Source: Vicinamibacterales bacterium (GTDB taxonomy: Bacteria > Acidobacteriota > Vicinamibacteria > Vicinamibacterales > JAMQPK01). Taken from it: DNA of 64,000 nt. The notes beneath the pieces were generated by a model. That model did not search any database. It was not told the origin of the DNA and saw only the letters and a list, made by a program, of their open reading frames with translations. The stretch lies in assembly GCA_963821395.1 (NCBI GenBank), contig CAWGDY010000034.1, forward strand, positions 61,963 to 125,962. Direction: 5' to 3'. How positions within the stretch are numbered: position 1 is the stretch's first letter; every line of letters starts with the position of its first letter. The position numbers and the translations under genes were made by a program. Below are positions 1 to 9,537 of this stretch, in pieces.

Positions 1-224
1 GGGTCGTCGGCGACGAGCCTGGCCATGACGGTGAGCGCCTGCAGAAAGGTGGCGCACTGTTGATCGACCAGCGCGCCCGCTTCGATGAGCCCCCGCTGCA
101 GCTCGGCCTCGGCCTGTCGCGTGGTGGTACGGCTGACGAAGTACACCGCGGCGGCAATCGAGACCACCGCCAGCGCGGCGCTGGCCAGAAAGATGCGATT
201 GGTGAGCGATCCCAGGAGCTTCAC
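1..224 (-). CDS. N-terminal fragment of a membrane-anchored sensor/signalling protein (continues off the left edge)
   Basis: Reverse strand from GTG at 224 reads VKLLGSLTNRIFLASAALAVVSIAAAVYFVSRTTTRQAEAELQRG.., i.e. one TM helix then a soluble segment. It is open to position 1 and starts 7 nt after the stop of the preceding gene (231). Confidence 0.4.
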   Translation of the reverse strand, partial: MKLLGSLTNRIFLASAALAVVSIAAAVYFVSRTTTRQAEAELQRGLIEAGALVDQQCATFLQALTVMARLVADD

Positions 225-230
225 GCGTGG

Positions 231-956
231 CTACCGCAAGGTGAAGTCTGCTTCGACCGGCCCGCCCTCATCTGGAATGACGATGGGGCGCGACTCGCGT
301 ATCGAGCCCTCGTTCCAGGCGACCAGGTTGTACCGGCCGGGAGGGACGCGGCCAATCTGGTAGCGGCCGTCGGCCGCGGCGACCGCGAAGAAGCGATGGT
401 TGAAGACGAGAATGAACGCGCTCATGTGCGAGTGAATTTCGCAGAACACACGCACGATGCCGGGGCGATCGAACCGGACCGATTTCGATCGGCCCGCCGC
501 GTAGCGGCCGAGATCGAACGGCCGCGGACCGCGCAGCGAGAACACGTTGTGGTAGGTGTTGTCACTGTTGGGAAAATCCACGGTGGTGCCGATGGTGATC
601 GCCAGCACGTGGGGCACGAAGGTCTCGTTGCGCTGATCCATCGTCGCACGCTGCGGCTCGCTGTCGGGAAACGCGAGCGCCGGCGCCGATTCGAGATAGA
701 CCACCGGCCGCCGCAGGTCCTGCGGGTCCTGGCCCGGATGCATGCCGAGATCGTTGACGTTGGGCCGTCGTTCGACGTGCGTCGTGCGGGGTACCTCGAC
801 ACGGCCCCGGATGATGCCCATCGGTGTTTGCGCCGACAGGACAGGGCTAAAGCCCTGTGCCACCGAGATGGCACAGCGATGCGCGCAGGCTAGCCCTGCC
901 GCAACGGCAAATCGGTAGCGCAGGGCTTTAGCCCTGCCCCTGCCCGCCGCCACCAC
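231..956 (-). CDS. cupredoxin-like protein with C-terminal carboxypeptidase-regulatory-like beta-sandwich
   Basis: Frame of ORF 231..1238. AGGAAG lies 8 nt before GTG at 956, just after the upstream stop at 970. Contains an HNVFS...CEIHSHM His/Cys/His/Met pattern and the tail GRYQIGRVPPGRYNLVAW. An alternative ATG is at 821. Confidence 0.6.
   Translation of the reverse strand: MVAAGRGRAKALRYRFAVAAGLACAHRCAISVAQGFSPVLSAQTPMGIIRGRVEVPRTTHVERRPNVNDLGMHPGQDPQDLRRPVVYLESAPALAFPDSEPQRATMDQRNETFVPHVLAITIGTTVDFPNSDNTYHNVFSLRGPRPFDLGRYAAGRSKSVRFDRPGIVRVFCEIHSHMSAFILVFNHRFFAVAAADGRYQIGRVPPGRYNLVAWNEGSIRESRPIVIPDEGGPVEADFTLR
841..946. repeat. REP-like family A, inverted pair (GGTAGCGCAGGGCTTTAGCCCTGCC)
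   Basis: cagggctaaagccctg at 843-858 and ggtagcgcagggctttagccctgcc at 915-940 are in opposite orientation. The same element recurs at 23654-23682 and 35613-43. This copy lies in the 5' end of the cupredoxin-like ORF. Confidence 0.65.
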
Positions 957-969
957 ACGAAGTTCTTCC

Positions 970-2166
970 TCACAGCCAGAAATGCAGCTGCAGCGCCACG
1001 AGGCCCTTGCTGCGGATGAGCCCACCGTCACGCCAGTTGTGCTGGTACGCGAGCTTGGCGAGAAAGTTGCGGCGGATGTAGTAGCCGGCACCCGTCTCGA
1101 GCCGCGTGACGGGCGCATCCCACGTCGGACTGTTGAGCGAAGACGGCAGCGCGCCGAAGTTGAGCCTGTCGAAGCGGCTCGCCACGAAAAAACCCGGCGA
1201 CACTTTGTAGCTGCCTTCCACGAAACCGCTGGTCGCATCGAGACTGTGCGCCAGGGTTGGCACCTGCCATTGATTCCAGATCAGCTCGCCTCGCACGAGC
1301 CAGTGATCGCGCGAGAGCTCCACGTCCAGGCCCAGCGCCTGCTGGATCGATCGCACATCGCCGGCGGGAAACGTGACCGTGGCCAGCGCCTCGTCAGAGA
1401 CATAGGGGCCTCGTGCCGCCGATCCGCCCAGTATGAGCCCCGCATTGGGCCTCCACTCGGCGCGTCCGATGATCTGTTTGCCCCCGTTGTTGTCGCGCGT
1501 GCGTGGATCGGACGCCGTGCCGGTGGTCACCGCGACGGCCGCGTTCAGCGACTCCGGGCCGACGCGCACCTGCACGCCGGTGTCCCATCGAAACGCGGTA
1601 ATCAGCGGCATGCCTGGCGCGATGTTGAGCGAACCGAGCGGATAGCTCGGCCGCCAGCCGCGCGCGCGCATGCGGATGACGTCTTCGTTCGACGCCGGCA
1701 GCGCATCGGGCCGCACGGTCGTCAGGTACTGATAGGCAAGCGGGTACCCGATCAACGGATTGCCGGCGCCGTAATCGCGCCGCGCAAACGCGCCGAAGGT
1801 CGGCGGAATCCGTCCCGCCTGAATGTCGATCGGCCGATCGCGCCACGGCCGCACGCGCAGATACAGCGCGTACGGCTTCACGCCGTCGCCGTTCTCGCTG
1901 CGGATCTCCGTGAGCACCGAGACGCGGCTCGTGACGCGCACGTCGGCCGTCACGCCTATCCTGAACAGGCGCAGCGCGTTGTGCTCGTAGTCTGTGTAGT
2001 TGAACCACGCGCCGTCGGTGTCATCCTGCGGCGTGGCTGAGACGGCGATATCCGATCCGAGCGTCACGACGCCGTTCGCAAGCGACACGGGACCCGAGAG
2101 GAAGTCCTGCGCGCGCGCAGGCGTTGCGAGGCTGAACGCCAACGCCGCGGCCACGGCAATTTTCAT
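970..2166 (-). CDS. outer-membrane beta-barrel protein, unknown function
   Basis: Signal peptide MKIAVAAALAFSLATPARA/QD, alternating strand-like sequence, aromatic C-terminus ..LQLHFWL. ORF 970..2178 with ATG at 2166. Confidence 0.65.
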   Translation of the reverse strand: MKIAVAAALAFSLATPARAQDFLSGPVSLANGVVTLGSDIAVSATPQDDTDGAWFNYTDYEHNALRLFRIGVTADVRVTSRVSVLTEIRSENGDGVKPYALYLRVRPWRDRPIDIQAGRIPPTFGAFARRDYGAGNPLIGYPLAYQYLTTVRPDALPASNEDVIRMRARGWRPSYPLGSLNIAPGMPLITAFRWDTGVQVRVGPESLNAAVAVTTGTASDPRTRDNNGGKQIIGRAEWRPNAGLILGGSAARGPYVSDEALATVTFPAGDVRSIQQALGLDVELSRDHWLVRGELIWNQWQVPTLAHSLDATSGFVEGSYKVSPGFFVASRFDRLNFGALPSSLNSPTWDAPVTRLETGAGYYIRRNFLAKLAYQHNWRDGGLIRSKGLVALQLHFWL

Positions 2167-2228
2167 GTCGATGCCCATACTATAATCGCCACGGTCCAGC
2201 TGAAGCTGGGCCCTGCGTACTTTGCATC

Positions 2229-2489
2229 ATGGCGTACATCATCACAGAGCCCTGCGTTGGAACCAAGGACACGGCCTGTGTCGACGTGTGTCCGGTCGAC
2301 TGTATCCATCCACGCAAGGACGAGCCCGAGTTCGCGGCCGCCGAAATGCTCTACATCCACCCCGACGAGTGCATCGACTGCGGCGCGTGCGTGCCGGCGT
2401 GCCCGGTCGAGGCCATCTACTCGCTCGATGAAACGCCCAGGAAATGGGCCAATTTCATCCATTTGAACGCAAAGTACTATCAACGTTAG
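2229..2489 (+). CDS. fdxA: 7Fe-type ferredoxin ([3Fe-4S][4Fe-4S])
   Basis: [27 protein letters not shown]...[16 protein letters not shown]; cysteine spacing is typical of FdxA-type ferredoxins. Confidence 0.9.
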   Translation: MAYIITEPCVGTKDTACVDVCPVDCIHPRKDEPEFAAAEMLYIHPDECIDCGACVPACPVEAIYSLDETPRKWANFIHLNAKYYQR

Positions 2490-2500
2490 AATACGAACTA

Positions 2501-3037
2501 ATGGGACTGATCGACCACAAGTTCGAAGACAATTTCATCACCACCAACGTCGACAAAGTGCTCAATTGGGCACGCCAGAACTCGTTGTGGCCGATGGGGT
2601 TCGGGCTGGCCTGCTGCGCGATCGAGATGATGGCCGCGTCGGCCTCGCGGTTCGACATCGCGCGCTTTGGCGCCGAGGTGTTCCGCGCCTCGCCGCGGCA
2701 GTCCGATCTGCTGATTGTGGCCGGCACCGTCACCAAGAAAATGGCGCCGGTGCTCCGCCGGCTGTACGACCAGATGCCCGAACCGAAATGGGTCATTTCG
2801 ATGGGCAGCTGCTCGAACGCCGGAGGCCCCTTCCCGACCTACAGCGTGCTGCAGGGCGTCGACAAGATCGTGCCCGTCGACGTCTACGTCTCGGGCTGTC
2901 CGCCGAGGCCCGAGGCGCTGCTGTACGGGCTGATGCGCCTCCAGGACAAGATTCGCAAGGAGAACACCGTGCTCCGCAAGGAGCGCGTCATCATGGCCGG
3001 CACATCGGAGCCGATTCTCGTCGGCGAGCGCTCATGA
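2501..3037 (+). CDS. nuoB: NADH-quinone oxidoreductase subunit B (N2 cluster subunit)
   Basis: [50 protein letters not shown] at 2501 inside ORF 2444..3037. Confidence 0.9.
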   Translation: MGLIDHKFEDNFITTNVDKVLNWARQNSLWPMGFGLACCAIEMMAASASRFDIARFGAEVFRASPRQSDLLIVAGTVTKKMAPVLRRLYDQMPEPKWVISMGSCSNAGGPFPTYSVLQGVDKIVPVDVYVSGCPPRPEALLYGLMRLQDKIRKENTVLRKERVIMAGTSEPILVGERS

Positions 3038-3495
3038 CCAAGCTGCTGCGGACGATTTTTCTCGTCGACCTGCTGAAGGGGCTGTGGCTCACGTTGAAGT
3101 ACACACCCCAGCCGGCCTTCACGTTCCAGTATCCGGCCGAGCGGCGGCCGGTTGCCCCGCGGTTCCGTGGCGTGCTTCGCCTGCAGGTGGAGCCCGAATC
3201 GGGCGCGCAGACCTGCATCGTGTGCGATCAGTGCGCCAAGGCCTGTCCCGACGACCTCATCGCGCTTGGCGGACACCGCGAGCCCGGGCAGAAGATCAAG
3301 ATCCTCGACTACTTCGACTTCAACCTGTCGCGGTGCAGCTTCTGCGGCCTCTGCTCGGAAGTGTGCCCCACCAAGCCCATCAAGGCGCTCATCATGAGCG
3401 AGGATTACGAATTGGGTACCTACAGCCGCGAGACCCAGATCCTCCGCATCGACGAGATGTACGACGGGGTTCCCATCGAACAGTACACGCGCTAA
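3034..3495 (+). CDS. nuoI: NADH-quinone oxidoreductase subunit I (2x[4Fe-4S])
   Basis: [12 protein letters not shown] and [12 protein letters not shown] motifs. ATG at 3034 overlaps the nuoB stop (ATGA). Confidence 0.85.
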   Translation: MTKLLRTIFLVDLLKGLWLTLKYTPQPAFTFQYPAERRPVAPRFRGVLRLQVEPESGAQTCIVCDQCAKACPDDLIALGGHREPGQKIKILDYFDFNLSRCSFCGLCSEVCPTKPIKALIMSEDYELGTYSRETQILRIDEMYDGVPIEQYTR

Positions 3496-3523
3496 CGCGC
3501 GTGTACACCGCGCGTTAGCGCGT
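3487..3523 (+). terminator. perfect 15-bp stem hairpin spanning the nuoI stop codon
   Basis: acgcgctaacgcgcg / tgtacac / cgcgcgttagcgcgt. The TAA at 3493-3495 lies inside the left arm. No U tract follows. Confidence 0.5.
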
Positions 3524-3526
3524 GTA

Positions 3527-3567
3527 GGTTCCAGAGTTCCTGGTCCGGTTCCCGTTCTGGTTCCGAG
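3527..3567. repeat. GGTTCC-family low-complexity array
   Basis: ggttccagagttcctggtccggttcccgttctggttccgag; same unit family as 33022-33180 and 36172-36330. Confidence 0.6.
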
Positions 3568-3671
3568 TAATCCAAGATCGCGGATACACCCGGGCCCGAA
3601 TCAGCTTGCCCGCCCGCCCGCCGACCCCTACAATCCAAGGTAAATCGACTCAGGTCAACCCGAGAGGGGCT

Positions 3672-5198
3672 ATGTACTCAGTCCTCAGGCTGGTTCCCTT
3701 GGCTGCCGCCCTGGCGGCGGTTGTTGCGCTTTCACCCTCCGCCGCGGCCATTTCGCCCGAAGCTGCCGAGGTGCAGCTGCAGCTGGCGAGGTTGCTCTTC
3801 AACGACGGCCGCTATGTCGAATCCTTCAACGCCTACGAGCAGGTCAAGTCGACCGACGATCCTCGAATCAAGCGCGAGTCGCTGATTGGCGCGGTCAAGA
3901 CCGCCCTGCGCCTGGGCGACTTTTCCCATGCGTATGCCGACGGGCAGATCCTTTCCCGCGCGTTTCCCAGAAACCCCGATGCTATCGCCAACTACGGCGA
4001 TGCGCTGTGGGCCGTCGGGCTGTTCGAAGAATCCGAGAAGACATTCCAGGACGTGCTTTCCCTTCAGAAAGATCACGGCCGGGCGCTGCACGGCCTCGCG
4101 CGCAGTCTGGCCGCGCGCAACCGGCTGAACGAGGCGCTCGACACGGCCCAGTCGGCCCTCACCAAAGATCCGCGCGACGCCGAATTCCACCACACGGTCG
4201 GGTCGGTGTACGAGCGCATGAAGCGCTACGAAGAGGCGGCCAACGCCTACGGGAGCTACATCAACCTGCTGCCCAACAAGGACCGCAGCGCGAAGGCGGC
4301 GTGGGCGCGGGCCGAAGTGCGCTTTCTGAAGGCATTCGGCGCGCGGTCGCCGATGTACATCGATCCTGCGACCGCGGGCAAGCTGCACACCGTCCCGTTC
4401 CGCGTCATCAACGAAAAGATCATCGTGAAGGCGAAGGTGAACAAAGGACCGCAGATGGACTTCGTGCTCGACACCGGGTCGGAGCAGACGGTCATCTCGC
4501 GTGAGACCGCGGCGCGCATGGGCGTCCGTCCCATCGTCAACATCCTGAGCGCCGGCGTAGGCGATCTGGGCGTGCGCGAGCTGGAGCTGACCCGCCTCGA
4601 CGAGCTGGAGATCGGCGGTTCGCTGAAGATCCAGAACGTGCCGTCCATCATCAAGAATCCGCCGCTGCATGGTCTGCCGACGCGCGAGATGGAAAGCTTC
4701 TCGCCGCTGGCCCTCGGCATGTCGGTCATCATCGACTACGATCGCAACCAGCTCACCATGGGCGCGCAGCTGCCGGCCGAAACGGCCGACGTCGAGCTGC
4801 CGCTGCGCATGCATCGGCTGGCCATGGTGCCGGGCCACGTCCAGGGCGGGCCGGCCAGCTTCATCCTCGACACGGGCGGGCAGGTGATCTCGATCAGCAC
4901 CGACACGGCCAGCGGCCTCGAGCGCGGCGAGATGCGAAACATCCCGCTCAAGGTCTACGGCGCGTCAGGGTGGGATCGCGATGCGTTCCTGATGCCCGGC
5001 GTGAACCTGAATTTCAACAAGATCGAATATCACAACCTGTCGGTGGTGGTGCTCAACCTGCGCGCGCCGAGCGTGCTGCTGGGCTTCAGGCTTGGCGGGA
5101 TTGTCGGCTACAAGTTCCTGAGCCGCTACCGGGTGGCGATCAACCTCGACAAGAGCATCGTGCAGCTTCAGGCGCGCGACGCCAAACGCGCGAACTAG
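3672..5198 (+). CDS. secreted TPR-repeat protein with two retropepsin-like aspartyl-protease domains
   Basis: Signal MYSVLRLVPLAAALAAVVALSPSAAA, then TPR-like helices, then two D-T-G sites (FVLDTGSEQTVIS, FILDTGGQVISIS). ATG at 3672 in ORF 3606..5198. Confidence 0.75.
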   Translation: MYSVLRLVPLAAALAAVVALSPSAAAISPEAAEVQLQLARLLFNDGRYVESFNAYEQVKSTDDPRIKRESLIGAVKTALRLGDFSHAYADGQILSRAFPRNPDAIANYGDALWAVGLFEESEKTFQDVLSLQKDHGRALHGLARSLAARNRLNEALDTAQSALTKDPRDAEFHHTVGSVYERMKRYEEAANAYGSYINLLPNKDRSAKAAWARAEVRFLKAFGARSPMYIDPATAGKLHTVPFRVINEKIIVKAKVNKGPQMDFVLDTGSEQTVISRETAARMGVRPIVNILSAGVGDLGVRELELTRLDELEIGGSLKIQNVPSIIKNPPLHGLPTREMESFSPLALGMSVIIDYDRNQLTMGAQLPAETADVELPLRMHRLAMVPGHVQGGPASFILDTGGQVISISTDTASGLERGEMRNIPLKVYGASGWDRDAFLMPGVNLNFNKIEYHNLSVVVLNLRAPSVLLGFRLGGIVGYKFLSRYRVAINLDKSIVQLQARDAKRAN

Positions 5199-5290
5199 AA
5201 ACAATAACAAGAGAGTAAGAGACTAAGAGAACAGAGGCAGGGGAATTCTGATCAAAAAGAATTCTCCTAGTCTCCTAATCTCTTGTTTGA
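5199..5290. repeat. AT-rich periodic-arm hairpin between convergent genes (AAGAG/CTCCT family)
   Basis: Left arm aacaagagagtaagagactaagag, right arm cctagtctcctaatctcttgtt, with an inner gaattc..gaattc hairpin. Related to 53150-53240. Confidence 0.65.
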
Positions 5291-5763
5291 CTACTGATCC
5301 GCCGTGCGAGATGTTCTTTGCGCCGCGTCTCAGCGGCGGCGTGCTGCGCCTTCTCTTCATCCGTGCTCACCAGGAGCGGCGGCACTTCCTCGCGCTTGCC
5401 GTCGCGTTCGAGCGTGACGAAGGTCAGATACGCGCGGCTCGTCATCTGCCGGCGTCCCGTCAGCGCCTGTTCTGCGTAGACGAGCACTTCGACCTCCAGC
5501 GACGTTCTGAACGTTGCCGTCACGCGCCCCTTCAGCACGATGAAGTCGCCGACTTTGATCGGATTCAGAAATTCGAGGCTGTCGACGGCCGCGGTGACCA
5601 CCAGCGCCCTCGCGTGGCGGAACGCCGTAATCGCCCCCGCGATGTCGATGAGGTGCATCACGGCGCCGCCGAGCATGAACCCCATCGGGTTGGCATCGTT
5701 CGGCAGCACCACCTGCACCATTTCGGTGGCCGATTCCGACGGAGGTTTGGGAGCGGCGGGCAT
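5275..5763 (-). CDS. acyl-CoA thioesterase (hotdog fold, YciA-like)
   Basis: VQVVLPNDANPMGFMLGGAVMHLIDIAGAITAFRH.. is a typical acyl-CoA hydrolase core. Confidence 0.85.
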   Translation of the reverse strand: MPAAPKPPSESATEMVQVVLPNDANPMGFMLGGAVMHLIDIAGAITAFRHARALVVTAAVDSLEFLNPIKVGDFIVLKGRVTATFRTSLEVEVLVYAEQALTGRRQMTSRAYLTFVTLERDGKREEVPPLLVSTDEEKAQHAAAETRRKEHLARRISSQTRD

Positions 5764-5779
5764 CGTTGTCGGGATGCGA

Positions 5780-6014
5780 TCAGTTGGTCGTGCGGGCGTC
5801 GAGAAACGCCTTCAGCTTCAGCCGCAGTTCCTCGGGGAGGTCGTCGTCATTGAGCGACTGCAGAAGCGTGATGGTCGACTGGAACGTACCCTACGAACGC
5901 CGTGCACTCGGAGCACCCGTTGAGGTGCTGCTCGAGGTCGCGCCGGACATCGGCGGGGAGACGCCCTTCGATGTAGTCGGAGAGAAGTTCGATGATACGG
6001 GAGCAGGCGGGCAT
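5780..6014 (-). pseudogene. small zf-HC2 (anti-sigma-type zinc finger) protein with a +1 frameshift
   Basis: Own translation gives MPACSRIIELLSDYIEGRLPADVRRDLEQHLNGCSECTAFVG.., then the next frame gives ..FQSTITLLQSLNDDDLPEELRLKLKAFLDARTTN*. Span is 235 nt (3n+1), with the shift near 5881-5895. Confidence 0.55.
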
Positions 6015-6023
6015 GTCATGCAG

Positions 6024-6108
6024 ATCTAGAATCGCAGAATGCTAAAACCTAGAATCTGAAATCTTCCAGATTCTAGATTCTAGATTCTAGCATTTCAGAT
6101 TCCAGGTT
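6024..6108. repeat. periodic-arm hairpin (AGAATCT units)
   Basis: tagaatcgcagaatgctaaaacctagaatctgaaatc faces gattctagattctagattctagcatttcagattc. It starts immediately after the stop of the Omp85-like gene. Confidence 0.65.
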
Positions 6109-9100
6109 CAGAAGTCGTAGCCGATCCAGACGGCGAACTTGACCTTGCGGAATTCCTCCTGAGCGGCGGCGCCCAGGATGTACCGCTCGTAGTCTTCGTT
6201 GAACATCGTCCGGTACGACCAGTCGAAATGCACCGGGAAGCCCAGCGCGAACGTTTCGAGCCCGATGCCGTACGACGCGCGGGCGTCGATCAGGCGGAAG
6301 CCGTCGATCCTCTGCGCAGGCCTGATGACGATGCCACCGGCGGTCGTGTCGGGCAGGGAACGTCTTCGTCCCGCTCTCCCACGGTTTGAACGTCTGGCCA
6401 TCGAGGCCCGCCCCGCCGATGTTGAAGAAGAACACGCCGCGGATGCCTCCCAGCACGCCGATCGGTGTGGCCATGGCGTTAATCAGCGGGTAGCGCAGCT
6501 CGGCGTTCCCGTAGAACGCCTTGTGACCGACGAACTGCCGGTAGTCGTAGCCGCGCATCTCGGAGTTGCCGCCGAAGAACATGTAGCCCGGCGAATCGCC
6601 AAAGCTCTTGAAGCCCACGGCACGCAGCGCGAACACGCCGTTGGCGCCGATTCGCGCGTAGTAGCGCGCGTCGGCGTCGATGGTCTGGCGCGACAGCGTG
6701 TTGCCGATCTTCGGCGCGGTTTCGAACGACAGCCGCATCGTGCTGCCCGAGAGCGGTCCGTATTCGCGGAACACGGTCGTCTCCTGGACGAACGAGACGC
6801 CCAGCGGCACCATCATGCCGCTGTTGAAGAGCCTGGTCCCGAACTCTTCTTGCTGATACCGATCGGCTTCGTCCTGAAGCAGCGGGTCGGCGAATTCCTC
6901 GTTGTAGTTGACGAGCCCGCCCGAGAACTCGACGCGGCGATACATGCTGAACGGGTAGATGCCGAACGCCGATCCGCCGCGCACCGTCTGCGTGGCGAGC
7001 GCGTCTTCGCGCCTGATGTACGGCGCCAGCGCCGGATCGTAGAAGTAGCTCGCCAGCTGCCCGTAGAAGAACTGCGTCTGCGAGTAGCCCTGCAGCGCGA
7101 ACTGCATGCGCCGCGACAGGTTGACGTACGAGAACGACAGCGTCTTGTACTGCTGCACCGACGAGGCGTACATGCTGAACTGCTGATCGCCCAGAACGTC
7201 GGTGAACGACACCATCGATCCGCCGAAGATGTCGCCGCCGCTCGTGACGCCGACGTTCACCGGCGGGCGTCCGTCGAGGAACATCTTGTCGAAACGGCCC
7301 TTCTTCGACACGTTCTCGGCGACGAGGGTGTGCTGCAGCGGCGGCTGGAAGTCGGTAATCGGCCCGGGGCTCCCGAAGTCGGCCGACGCGGCCGTGTGCA
7401 GCGGCTCCTTCAGATCGAAGGTGTGCAGGCTGTAGCTGCCTTTGTAGTAGTCGACAAACGCCAGGCGCGGATTGGCGCCGTCTTTCGACAGGACCACGGG
7501 CGAGAGCACGCCGCCGAGCGCGTCGGTGTACTGCCGCAGCTCGCCGGTCTTGAGGCTCAGCGTCCACAGGTTGAAGATGTTCCCGTTACGCGCGATTTCC
7601 GGCGACAGCGGCGTCGTCGGGTCGGTGGCCGTCGAAGAGAAGATGATCGTGTCGGTGTTCAGAAACTTGGCCGCGGCCTCGTCCTGCGTGCCGAAGGTGA
7701 GCTGCGTCTTGGCCCCTGTGTCGACATCCAGGCGGAAGAGCTTCTGCGACCCGCTGATGCGCGCGATATAGACGATGAAGCGGCCGTCGGGCGAGTAGAC
7801 CGGGCCGTAATCGCCGAACTCGTCGTTGGTGAGGTTCGTGACATCGCCGCTCGTGACATCGAGCTTGAAGATGTCGCCAATCGCGTTGCGAAGGCCGCCG
7901 AAGATCACCGAGCGGCCGTCGGGCGAGATGTTGGGCGACTCGGGATTGTCGACGCTCGCCAGGTTGAGACGCTGCTCGATCTTGCCCGTGAGCACGTTCT
8001 GCACGATGAGCGTCTTGTATTTTTCCTGACGGACGAAGTAGGCGAGGCGATCGCCCACGGGCGACCACGACATCCACCCGACCATGTTGCTGAGGCTCGG
8101 GTACGCGAGGTACTCGAATCCGCGGTCCATGTCGAAGCCGGGCGTGAGGTTGCGCACGACCGCACCGTCTTTGGCCGACACGAGAATGATGTCGAGCTCC
8201 TGATCCTTGCGGTTGCCGGTCGTCATCGCGATGAGATCGCCGGACGGGGACGGCTCTATCGAAATCGCGCCCGTATACTGCGAGCGCTCCGGATCCGGAG
8301 ACAGATCCTGTCCGTAGTCGGCCGGCCGCTCTTTGTCGCGGAACGCCTTGAACCGATCCTTCAGATACTTTTCGAACTGCTGGTCGAATTCGCGCGAGCT
8401 GATCTGAAAGGCGTCTTCGTAGGGGCTCGAGCCCCCGCCGATGGCGCTGCGCCGCAGCGAGAAGAGGAACTGCCGCACGCCGTCCTTGCCCCAGCGCGCT
8501 TCGATGAACTCGTAGAGCGCGTGGCCGAGGTTGTACACGAGGCGCGGGTTGTTGAACTCGCCGTAGCCCTCCATCTCGCTCATGCGCGGGATGATGTCGG
8601 CGACGGCGGCGTCGCGCACCGTCATGAGGTCGAGCGGATCCCAGATGCCACGCTCGTACTCGGCGCCGCCCTCGTGTACCCACAGCGGCATGTTGCGGCG
8701 GATGAGCGAGGTCGGGATGATGTCGTACTGGAACACGTGCGTCAGCTCGTGCACGATCAGCCCGTAGAGCAGGTCTGACGGGAGATCGATCGGCAGGACC
8801 ATGCGATGGCGCTCGCCTTCGGCGAAGGCCAGCACGCCTTCGGTCGAGGCGCCGGGCGCGATGTTCTGCTGCTCGAACTCGCTGTGGGTCTTGAAGATGA
8901 TGAGCGGCACGCGCTGGGCGAGGTCGTGCCGCAGGTCGGAGCTGACCTGCTGGTAGGCGCTTTCCGCGTAGCTCGCGACCCGCGCCAGGTGCTGCTCGTT
9001 CTCGGGATAGAAGTAGATTTCGAAGTGGTCCGTCTTGTACGTGTGCCACTCGAACTGGTCGTAGTGAATCTGGTTCTTGCCGTAGTACGGCGCGAACTGG

Positions 9101-9291
9101 GACTGCTTGTTGACGGTGGTGCTTCCGCTGTCCTGCGCGTTGACGGTGGAATTGCCCTGCGCGTAGATCTGCGCCCAGGAGCACATCAGATCGGGCGACA
9201 GGCGTTGCGCGTGCGACTCACCTGCAGCGGCCAGCACGAAGCCTGCGGCCAGCAACCAGATGAAAGCCCTGCGGGGGGCGCGGGTGCGCAT
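6108..9291 (-). CDS. large Omp85/surface-antigen-family outer-membrane protein with N-terminal HExxH peptidase-like and TolB-like beta-propeller regions (frameshifted near the 3' end)
   Basis: Signal MRTRAPRRAFIWLLAAGFVLAAAGESHA, HELTHVFQYD, repeated PDGR..I.F propeller motifs, FFGGNSEMRGYDYRQF. The true C-terminus ..KFAVWIGYDF lies in the frame of ORF 6108..6401. Span is 3n+1, with the shift near 6355-6375. Confidence 0.8.
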
Positions 9292-9537
9292 AGGATTACC
9301 TCGCGAAATTAGTGGGGTGCCACCGTGAGATTCACGCGATCTTACTGTGATTACACAGCTATCGCAACGAGGCCGCAGGAGCAAGAGCCATACCACAGAG
9401 CGCGTTCGAATTCGTTCGAAAACCGCCACAGCCTCTTCGGCCATTTACGCTTTTCGGCCTGATTTGGACACAGCGCGTCGACCGGTTCGGAGGACAATCT
9501 CCGAAGCTCGCTATACTGCGGCAAGGTCTCGTTCAGA

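Noticed and set aside
3606-3671. Upstream start codon for the TPR-protease gene.
   Set aside because: The ATG at 3672 gives a standard signal peptide. The 22 extra residues (MPARPPTPTIQGKST..) are not signal-like.
6199-8778. 859-aa plus-strand ORF, plus similar very long ORFs: 13011-15326 (-), 37938-39473 (-), 39955-41115 (-), 46665-48113 (-), 51021-52202 (-) and 62251-63531 (-).
   Set aside because: They lie antisense or out of frame to genes with clear family motifs. Their translations are Arg/Ala/Gly/His-rich with no motifs. These are typical GC-rich shadow ORFs.
9445-9537. Possible promoter (TATACT at ~9510) upstream of the ECF sigma gene.
   Set aside because: No acceptable -35 at 16-19-nt spacing and no recognisable ECF-type GGAAC/CGT motif. 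This is too weak to report as a feature.
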